Origin: Lophium mytilinum
Lineage: Eukaryota
Length of the DNA stretch: 64,000 nt
Direction: 5' to 3'
Assembly: GCA_010093605.1 (NCBI GenBank)
Contig: MU004187.1
Coordinates: 2,098,882 to 2,162,881 of the forward strand
Shown here: piece by piece, positions 13,018 to 22,483 of the stretch
Position numbering within the stretch: the stretch's first letter is position 1
Layout of the letters: every line of letters begins with the position of its first letter
The notes under the pieces: model-generated
What the model was told of the DNA's origin: nothing
Database searches by the model: none
The model's input: the letters and a program-made list of their open reading frames with translations, nothing else
Translations under genes and position numbers: made by a program

Positions 13018-14774
13018 ATGGAAACGACACAGCAATTCAAAAGTTAGCATCCTTCCAATCTCGACTACATATACCTAAACACTAATTCTTCCAATCCAGC
13101 AACCAACCACCCCGTCCCCTCCCCCGACTCCCGCCACATCGCATCCCTAAACGGCGCCCGCCTCCAAATCCGCTGCACCACTACCCTCGACCTTGTGCGC
13201 AGCTTTCCCCTCCCCACCGATTTCAATCCACGCGGTGCCCTCATCCGCTGGGCACCCGTCGCCCCTCGCAATGACAGAAAAACCTCCACAATTTCGCGCC
13301 GTGTGCTTGTCGCCGACGACGACGGCGCGCGCGTTTGGGACTTGAACGATGAAAAATGGAGCGCCGTAATCAGTAACGGCAGCGGAGGCATGGGAAAGAT
13401 TGCGCACGCGGAGTTTGGGCGAGACGGGGAAGAGGTGCTGCTGTGGAATGACTTCGGAGCTAAAGTCACCGTGTGGTGTCTCAAGACGGGACGCAGTGTC
13501 GAGATCAAGGATCCAAAGTTTGTGGGATGGAGAGGGTGTGCAAGCAGGCTGACATCTGGGGGAGAGGGTGAGGGGGTGGGCGTAATGGCGCTTTTGAGTA
13601 GGCCGGCTGGTCAGGATGTGGTTACGCTGCATGCGCCCAGGACGTATTTCGTGGTCAAGACGGTTGCGGTGCCGAGTGTGGATGCGCAGGGAATTAAGTG
13701 GAGTCCGGACGGGAGGTGGTTTGTGATGTGGGATGCTGCGAGCGCGGGGTATAAGCTGTTTGTGTACACCGCGGACGGGCATCTATATAGGATGTACGGT
13801 GGGGAGCTGGCGGAGGGCGATGTGTGCGGGCTAGGAGTCAGGGGCGTAGAGTGGACGCCTGACGGGAAGTACTTAGCGGTCGCTGGCTGGGATAAGAGGG
13901 TTACGCTTCTGAGTACAAGAACTGTGAGTTCGGCTTCGTATCTATCAAATTTGGAGTCCAAGAAGACTGATGACAACAGTTCTCACCCGTCGTATTCCTC
14001 GACCACACACCTTCGATTCATATAAGCACTGGTACTGTGTGGACCGAAATGGTCTCCGCCCTCTCTTCACGAAGCTACGCTGTTACAGCGCAACCGGTCT
14101 CCCCTCCCAAGGTTGCCTCACCACCAAACGACCCTAAGCTTGGAATATCGTTAACAACATCCAACGCTGATGGCACAATGATGGCTACGCGAGATGAGTC
14201 CACGCCCACAACGGTTTGGATATGGGATCTTAGCCAACTTGCGCCAAAAACCGTCATAATACAACATGCTCCCGTCAAAAATCTCCTTTGGCATCCTACA
14301 AGGCCAGACCTCCTGCTCATTCAATGCACACAAGACGATTCGATAATATATCTCTGGTCCGCATCTGGCGATGGGCCAGAAATCATCACCTTAGGCCTCC
14401 AAAAACCCTCAGGAACCGCTCCAGCCCGGCTAGAAGCTCGCTGGCTCAACACTCCCAGCGACAAGAAACCGACACTACTATACGGACACTCTCAAGGCTA
14501 CATTCTCCTCTGGCCGAATGGCCGAGACCCGATCTTACGGTTCGAACGCGACAGAGACGAGAGGGAGAGTACGCCCACCGGAGACGACGATAGTGAGGAC
14601 TCGCTATACGACATCCTAACCGGGCGGACTCCGATACCGAGGCTAGATGATACCATGAGCAATTACGAGAATGACGACGACGATGACGATACTGGGAGGT
14701 TGGAGGATACGTTTCGAGAGAAAAAGAAAAGGGGGGGAGGTATGGATGATTCCGGGTTGGATGAAATGTTTTGA
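13018..14774 (+). CDS. WD40 repeat protein, WDR8/WRAP73-like
   Basis: Spliced METTQQFK.. / PSPDSRHIASL..; IKWSPDGRW, VEWTPDGKYLAVAGWD, TTVWIWDL and LLWHP repeats; EIKDPK motif; introns near 13043-13098 and 13924-13978. Confidence 0.75.
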
Positions 14775-14820
14775 ATGCTGGTGGCTCTTGAACATGTCGG
14801 TCTTTTTGGCGTATTTGGGG

Positions 14821-14926
14821 CTGCCACTGCTTGGAGTACTTCAACAAGTTTCCAGATAGCCCAAAGCAATCTTATTGGTGTCTCTAAGATTGTATTGAAG
14901 CACCCCAAACAGCGGCAGACAGGTGT
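14821..14926. mobile_element. MITE-like inverted-repeat element, copy A (left arm truncated)
   Basis: ctgccactgcttggagtacttcaa (14821-14844) pairs with ttgaagcaccccaaacagcggcag (14895-14918); homologous to 45089-45211. Confidence 0.55.
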
Positions 14927-14946
14927 ATGCCCCACATGGAGACGTC

Positions 14947-14999
14947 GGTGATCCGGAGCGGTGGCAGGTGATTCGGAGCGGTGTAACCTGAGTATATAA
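14947..14999 (+). promoter_or_regulatory. 17-bp direct repeat containing CGG triplets, followed by a TATA box, upstream of the PAP2 gene
   Basis: ggtgatccggagcggtg (14947-14963) and ggtgattcggagcggtg (14967-14983); TATATAA at 14993-14999. Confidence 0.45.
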
Positions 15000-15412
15000 G
15001 AGGCCTACCTGACGCCTCTACACCCTTCCTTCTACACTCAACTTTTTCTAAAGCTCATTGGCGACACTCTGACGGCGCTGAACAAGTGGCAAAGACAGCG
15101 TCGTCGCCACCCCAACTCCATGGCACTTTCTCCATCTATTTGGCACTGAGTCGTTCTCCACGCTCTTACCAGTGCCCGACATGCCCGGCATGGCTTTCCT
15201 CATGTCTTCACCGCTGCTTTCCACACCTCTTCACCACGTCATGCCTTCCTCAACTCTTTCAACAGGTGTCAAAACACTTCCCTCCGTGGGCTGGCTCCGA
15301 CTCTTCTTCCACATCAGCCATCCAACATCATCAATCCGCACCCATACTCTCATCACTATCCTGTTAGCCTTCAAATCACTCCATACCGGCGTCAATCCTT
15401 CCGCACTCCATA

Positions 15413-16487
15413 ATGAGTGATAGCACCCTCGCCACCGTCAACAACCGCGCAGATGTCGAGGCCGGAAAGCCCGAATCCGGCTTCTTCCCGGACTGGCCAG
15501 GATTCCGTCACTTCTTCCGCAACTCACCACTGCACGCCGCCATAGAAATGTGGACTGTCTGGCTTGTAGGCGCCGTGTCCCTTTATCTATTTCTTCAACC
15601 TCCAGCCTTCCTACGGCCGCCGCTTTTTCAAGTATATCCAGACGGAACGGTCCCAGGTGACATTACCGTCCCTTATACTCCCGAAATCATCTCGACCATT
15701 GCGTCCGCCGGCATCGCGACGGGTGTCCCCCTCCTGGTGATAGTTCTCGTTGAATTCACCTGGATTCGAAGCTTTCGTAGCTTGATGGCTGCTGTACGTA
15801 CCCCCTTTGCGTTACTCTTCATACGTCACGTCCCTTTCTTACTGACAATGCGTATAGATACGGGGACTCCAAATGGCCCTACTCTACACCACTTTCGCCA
15901 CTGTTGTGATCAAGACGACTTTTGGTAGCCTTCGCCCACACTTCGTCGACGTCTGCGCCCCTCTGCCTCCTCTAAGTGGGACTGGTTTTGACAAAGACTG
16001 GTATAACGCCACAGTCTGTACCGGAAACGACGCTTCGCGTATCCGAGATGCCCAGCAATCATTCCCGTCAGGACACGCATCGAGCGCTTTCGCTGCCGCG
16101 ACGTACCTCATTCTGTGGCTTAATGCAGTCTTGAAAGTCTATGGCCCCTACCAAACGCCCGAGTGGAAGTTCCTCGCACTCCTAGGACCACTGCTCGGCG
16201 CCACCCTGATTGCACTGAGCAAAGTGGCTGATAGCTACCACCACGCGTCGGATGTTGTTGCTGGTGCCGCCATTGGGACCATTATCGCACTAGTGGCGTA
16301 CCGGGGTGCACATGCGAGTATTTTTGACTGGAGGTACGCATCTTCCACTCTTTTTCCAGCTTTGGTGGTTGCTAATACTGCTTGTTCGCGAAGATACAAC
16401 CACATGCCGCTGAGCCCGAGCAAGCCTTTCGACTACGAGACCGACTACGTCGACGTCCGCGACCTCCGCTTTGGAACCTCAGCGTGA
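15413..16487 (+). CDS. PAP2-family lipid phosphate phosphatase (DPP1/LPP-like), 3 exons
   Basis: KTTFGSLRPHF (C1), SFPSGHAS (C2), SKVADSYHHASDV (C3); hydrophobic helices; introns at about 15794-15858 and 16333-16393. Confidence 0.88.
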
Positions 16488-16703
16488 TTCTCCGGCCTAA
16501 ATGGAAGATGATCGAGTTGGAGGGTCGGAAGCGTGGTGTTCTGGATGGCTATTGTTCCTTTTTCTCACCAGGCGCCGTGATGATCGCCTTTCCGTTTCCT
16601 AGTTCAAAGACCTCGATGAAGGCGCCTTAATGCTCAGACCGTACCCATTTTTTCCTCAACATTAGACTTTGCGTGACCACATCAGGGAATACTTATAACG
16701 GTG

Positions 16704-16969
16704 ATGGCCCCCTCTATGTCGTTAAATATGTAACAATGCCTAGACTTGTAACGTAAGTGTAAGTAATCTCTAGATGTAATGGCCCCCTCTACGTCGTTGA
16801 ATATGTGAACAATGCCCACAATTACTACGTAAGTGTAAGTAACCTCTGCATGCAATGGGCCCTCTACGTGGTTAAATATGTAAACAATTCCTAGACTTGC
16901 AATATAAGTGTAAGTAACCACTGCACGTAACGGCCCCCTCTACGTAGTTGATTGTATAAACAATACCTA
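16704..16969. repeat. Tandem array of about 3.5 copies of a 75-76 bp unit
   Basis: Units start at 16704, 16779, 16855 and 16930 (atggccccctctacgt...aacaatgcctagacttg...taagtgtaagtaa). Confidence 0.9.
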
Positions 16970-17013
16970 CCGAAGCTAGCACGTTCTTATTTTAGGTAGG
17001 TGTCTACCAGTTC

Positions 17014-17418
17014 TTGCTTGCTCAACGCCACCGTCAGGGGTGCCCCCATTAGCAAGTGCCAACTACGCCAAAAGGTAGTCGAAAACTCCGTTCCGTCAGG
17101 GGCGCCCCCACTGTGAGGTGTTTGGCACCGTCTGAAGTCCTCTGGCGCTGCCAACATTGGGAGATAGGATGTCAAAATTCAGGAGGTTCAGATCGTATTG
17201 CGTTGACGTGGGTGGGTCCAGTGTATGTTTGCTGCCGTCTGAAGGCCTCTAAAGGTGCGAAAAATTGCCGACTTCATCAAATGATAGTTCAATTTCTATT
17301 ACATTGACCTTCACATTGGGCACACAGGCACGAGTGTTTGCTCGCTCAACACCACTGTAAGGGTGGCCCCCATTAGCAAGTGCCGACTACGCCAAAAGGT
17401 AGTCTAAATCTCGTTTCC
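17014..17418. repeat. Pair of ~80-bp direct repeats (17014-17094, 17338-17418)
   Basis: Shared core cccccattagcaagtgcc(a/g)actacgccaaaaggtagtc with one mismatch. Confidence 0.85.
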
Positions 17419-17428
17419 TTGGCCAACA

Positions 17429-20400
17429 CTACTGTACGCGGACCTTCGAAGTGACATCCCTAACCCGCTCTCCCCTGAAGAACACGCTGACTACCAGCGC
17501 CGGGAACGTAATCTCAATCTCATACTCAACGAGATACCAAATCCCCTGATCATTCCTAAACTTCCGAAACTCGGCATCCGGATTTCTTCTCGTGAAATCC
17601 GTTCTGATCTCCGCGGCACACTGGACGATACATTGCTGAGAGCCTTGAGGGTAATACAAGTATGGATTCGGTGTGCCCCACTCAAGCGTCGGCAACCCGC
17701 GATCGTCCTCGAACAGGTAGATTTTCCCGGACGGGTCCAGCGTCAGGTTTGCATCAGCTGCCCACAGCTTATCCACCAGCACGAACGGGTCGACGTGGTC
17801 GAACTTGACCATTTTGGACGTCGGAATGCGTATTTTGTGGCCTGATTGGAGTGGCGCGCCGGCACTGAGTACTATGCAGACACAGTTGTTGCAGCGGTCT
17901 TGGTCGGGGCACCTCATTCGGAAGCGTTCGGGGTGCACGCCGGGGATGAAAAAGTCGGCGACCGAGAGGTAGTAGCTCTGCTGAGAGTATGCGCTGGCTT
18001 TCGGCAGGATGTCGGAGCTGAAGTTAGTCAGTCTGTCTGTGAGTCCGGCAGTGACCAGGCCCTTGACGACCGTTGCTTCGCTATCCATCGGTCGCACAAC
18101 GGTGCAATAGTTCCGTGGCATACGCTTTTTGATTTGCTGGAAGAGGTACTCGTTGGCCCCGAAAGAGCCGCAAATTAGCACGTACTGTTGTTGAAAACTT
18201 AGATAGTCGCTGACAGAGAGGGCTTGGACTTGTACGTTACCTGCAGATTGATGTTGCATGCTTGGACGGCGATGACTTGATTATTGATCAACTCTAAAAT
18301 CCTCTCGATGACAGGAGTGAAGCATCCCAGTATCTCTTCGTTGGTGAACGTCATGTATCCATCATCGATGTCTGCTTCCACATAGTCGCGCTCGATCCCG
18401 ACGTCGGTCGCCCACTTCTGGCCATTGTTCCTAAAATCGTCCCTGATACGGCTATCGAACTCTATGATGCTCTTTGCGTACACCCTGCCTGCAGTTTTAG
18501 ATCCATCTGGCAATTTCATTTTACGGACCTTGCTTCGCAGGATGTTGGCGAAGTTGCGATCCACCGCGGTATGTCTAGATGAAATATGTGTTAATAAACG
18601 GCTTGTGCTGCTAGGGTCGATTTACTCACCCGCAAGCATCACCACTACTGCCCGTACATTTCCGGACCTTGAAAGGAGAATTGCTGCGCACTTCGAGCGC
18701 AACAAGGTCCACAAAACTCTTACCGCAATCTACGATCAATATTCCGTCGTGATTCTTCGAATCGAGTAGCCCGGATCTGGTACAATAATGTGCTGACGCT
18801 TCCGGGCCTGGGATGAGAGTCACTCGGGGATCGTGAACATCTTGCACGTATCCAGCCTGTACGATAGCTTTCTTGAAAGCCGTTTTTGCACCTTCTGTCC
18901 ATATTGGAGGATGAGAAAAGTAGTATCGAACGATTGATGCATCGTTAGGAATTCGTGGACCGAGCGATTTCATTAAGGCGACCAGAGCGGCTTCGCGCAG
19001 GCGGGAAAGATAGTCGCCGACTAGATCTACAGCCGACTTTCCAGCTGGAAGGGGCGGTAAGGATTTGGCGTCGAGGTACGGATTTCCACCTTCCAGCTGC
19101 ATATACACGTGTAACCATTCTGCTTTAGTTGTTCCAATTTTGGGCTGTCCATTTGGGCCGAGAGCGTCGGCAGTGTCCAAGCCCCAACCTACAACATTCG
19201 AGGAAATATCGTAATATATTGACGATGGAACCCTGGGCTATTGATTCGTTAGCTAAAATGTGCTAGACAACAAGGAAGCCGTCAGAGCCTACTTTCGTAA
19301 TTAACCCAGCTCCTGGCCATTCCGTTATGATGTCTTCTCTAGCTTCAGTGTCAGTTGCATATGCAAAAGCAACCGACGAGTGCGTGGCCCCAAAGTCGAT
19401 ACCAATTATCAAGTGGGCGTTTGACTTGGCTGACGAGCTTTGATAAATCTGTGGAGCCGATGCAGGTTGATTTGAAGTCGTGCTTCCGTCATTCTTTGTG
19501 ACCCAAGGCATCGCCGCTGGCGCTACTACCTGCGATACTGGTGAAGGTCGATTCGATGACGCGTTCCGGTCGTTCTTTGTGACCCACTGTATTGGTGACT
19601 TGATGGGTGACGGCAGCTGTGAGGAGTTTGGCGAAGCGGTACCCGGCGAATAATGCGATGCAGGTCGCGTAGATGGCCGAGGATCATTGGGCTGGCTCAA
19701 GAGGAAATCTGCGGCCAGTTCCTCGTTCTTGTCGAAATTGAAATAAGCCTGGATCACGGGATCTAGCTCGAAACCGAGGCCACGTAGCTAGAGATATTAG
19801 AGATCAAAAAGAGTAAGAAAGGGAATAGTGAACTGACTCGCTCGATGGCGACCCGTTCCTCTTCTGTCACACTGATGGTGTGTGATCCAGGAGGGAGCTC
19901 GGCGACCTCGTCGATATCTTCAGCAAGAAGCTGGAGGAATTGCTCTGGGTTAGCGGCAATGAGTTTTGCCAGCTGAGGGTTTACGGTGGCTGTTTGCTGC
20001 AGAATCGGCTCTAACATATGGGGCTGTTGCTGAACAACTCGACAAAACTGCTGGAAGTGAGGATCGCTGCGGAGGAACTCGATGCTGCTACCACCAAGCG
20101 CTTGAGAAGTCGTAGAACCAGCCTCGAATGGATTTACAGGGTTTTTTGAGAGCACGGCCGACGGAGTATTTGTAGCGGATGGCGAACGTGTATGTGAATT
20201 GTATGGATTATTGATGTGAGGATTAGGAGATGACGATGGTGTTGAAGCGGATGGCGATCGTACATGGGGGCTGCTTGGATTTAGGTAAGGATTAGTAGAA
20301 GACGATGGCTTTCGGGACTGGATCTGTGCAGGGTTTGAACTGCCAAAAGGCGTAAGGGATGAGCTAGGCTGCTTATATCCTGGTCGGGCAGGCTGAGATT

Positions 20401-22158
20401 GAACTGATCTGGCTGGTGAGGGTTGACGAGGAGGAGGAGATGTTGGCCCTGTTGATCTTATAGATGTTGAATCTGGGGTGTGAACGGTACCGTCCCAGCG
20501 CTTTCCGGGGGACTCTGCAAGGGGACTATTTGCGGGAGGTAGCCCTAGACGGCTGCGGAGAGGATTTCCCGGCTCCTGGACTGACGGAACCAGGAAGTTT
20601 CCTGCTGCACTGGTCGTGTCAGAAACAATGTCCTCGTGGACTAGATCGCGCAAAGGCCTTGCTAAGTATTGGAGAAACCCAGCGTCAACCTCGACGTCGT
20701 ACTTTGCAGGTAAGAAGCCACGGCAGCCCTCAGCTTCAGCCATGTCACCCTTTCTTTCGTGAATGAGCGCGAGAAGTGCCATGGATTCGTGAAATGGTGC
20801 ACTTTCTTTGCCCCCAAGCCTCCGTCTCCCCATCAGCGCCTTCTTACAGTATCGGATAGCGGCATCATGTGCGTCGCCTTGAAGCTTTAGAAGAGCTAAG
20901 GCATGGAGACCGTCATATGCCAGCGGCTCCTTGACCTTTTTAAGGGTAGTGAGGCTAGCAAGAACATTTTCGGCATCTCTCCATCGCGCTTGTTTGCCGT
21001 ACGCGTATGCTTGCATCAACCTGATTTTGGAGACCCCACCTGGCAAGTCGTCTGTTGAACGGCTCACGACTTTGCATAGGAATCTCTCGGCATTCGGATA
21101 GTCTCCGGCTGTGAAACTTGATATAGCGAGGTCATTGAAGTTCTTCACAAAGTCTCTCTCCATATCGGAGTCCGGATCGGAGTCTTCTAGCTCGACATCT
21201 TCGGTCGTACCGCTAACTGATTCATTGGCTTCTGTGCCTTCTTCTTCGATTGTAGGAGGAGGTATCCAGTTTTCAATGCGCTGGGCCTGATCATCGCTCA
21301 AAGGATCGCCGTAAACAGAACCGCCCCATATCGTACCCTCGCCTACAACTGTGCTGGCACTGGAATGGAATGATTCTGCAACACGAACGAATTGTCTCAA
21401 GTTGCGTGAGATGCGTTCGTTATCCTCTTGCACGTCGGAAGATGGCGGCTCGGAAGAATCGTTTCGAGACCTAACCGCAACTTCTACTCTGCCAATTTGG
21501 GTTTTAAGATCACCAAGAACCCGGGACATTGATTCTTGGGACGAGCCGCTTCTTAGCAACAAGAGTCTAGAATGATGTGAGCACTCCCCGAATGAAAATA
21601 TACGCATACATATGAGACGACGGCAATCAAAGAGCTTACACGTTGATCATTTGGAAGGCGGATTGCATTGCACTGTTATGGGAATGTACCTGCTGCCGGA
21701 AGGCCGTGATATCTTTCATCATCATGTTCAACTTTATCGACATTGTCGGCTTCCGGAGGAACCCTCTCCCCAGGAAGCTGGTCTTCTGCACCTCTACGAG
21801 CCGCTTGTCCAATTTCCCTAGCGTAATCTGGCAGTCGTCCAGCGACCCTCGGACTGTGATCCATAGATCCCGATCTCCAGTTTTCTGAGTAGTCGCAAGA
21901 AGCGGATTCTGCTTCCAGGAGTGGCCGACTGCATTGAGGGCGCGTTGAAGACCATTTATCTCTTCGCATAGGCCAGCTACACTATCGTCTACGCCTCGGG
22001 CATCGTCTATGAAGGTGTAAAGTATCCCTGAGACCTTTTCACTGCGAATCAGTCTGACGCTCGATACGCTGGACACTCCAGCACCTCGGGTGGGTACTGA
22101 CCTTGATACAGAGGCCAGCGATGCCTGCGGCGGACGATGCAATGGACAAGGGATCCAT
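17429..22158 (-). CDS. Chimeric 1457-aa protein: HeLo-like fungal N-terminal domain + TPR-like repeats + Ser/Pro linker + Rad23-type XPC-binding/UBA + HSPA12-type Hsp70 domain
   Basis: Exons 22158-22102, 22034-21640, 21566-19838, 19787-19293, 19237-18630, 18574-18241, 18184-17429. All six introns are GT-AG (50-73 nt) with compatible phases; total 4374 nt with no internal stop. Markers: MDPLSIASSAAGIAGLCIK start; LEPILQQ..NPQLAKLI..VTEEERVAIERLRGLGF..VIQAYF..DKNEELAADFL; IIGIDFG..EDIITEWPGAG..GYMTFTNEEIL. Confidence 0.85.
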
Positions 22159-22483
22159 CGCAGCATTTTACCGGCAAAGCTTCTGGCGGAGGACAAGTTG
22201 TCCATGAAGTGACTGCGAGAGCCGCCTTCCACGGGCGCCATGAGGGGCGCTTCCAGATCGCGAGGCTGAGTTCTCGGTTGTCTTCTGCATTTCGAGTTAG
22301 GATAGTTCTAAACCTTGGAAGCTGGGATATTCACGTGATGCTGCTCTACGGCATACTCCATGAGTTCCCCCGCTGCAGCATCCCGTACCAACGCGTCTTG
22401 CATCGCGTTCTTGGAAACTTTTCTACAGCACGCCCGAGATACTCAATCTCTGGGCACTCAACCTCTTATTGTCCCCGTTCGCG

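Noticed and set aside
9113..16487. Phosphate-metabolism gene cluster (phytase, phosphate carrier, PAP2)
   Set aside because: Different compartments and pathways, interrupted by a WD40 gene, and I found no CACGTG PHO box upstream of the phytase
16704..16969. CRISPR-like array
   Set aside because: Whole units are homologous with no unique spacers, there are no cas genes, and the host is a eukaryote
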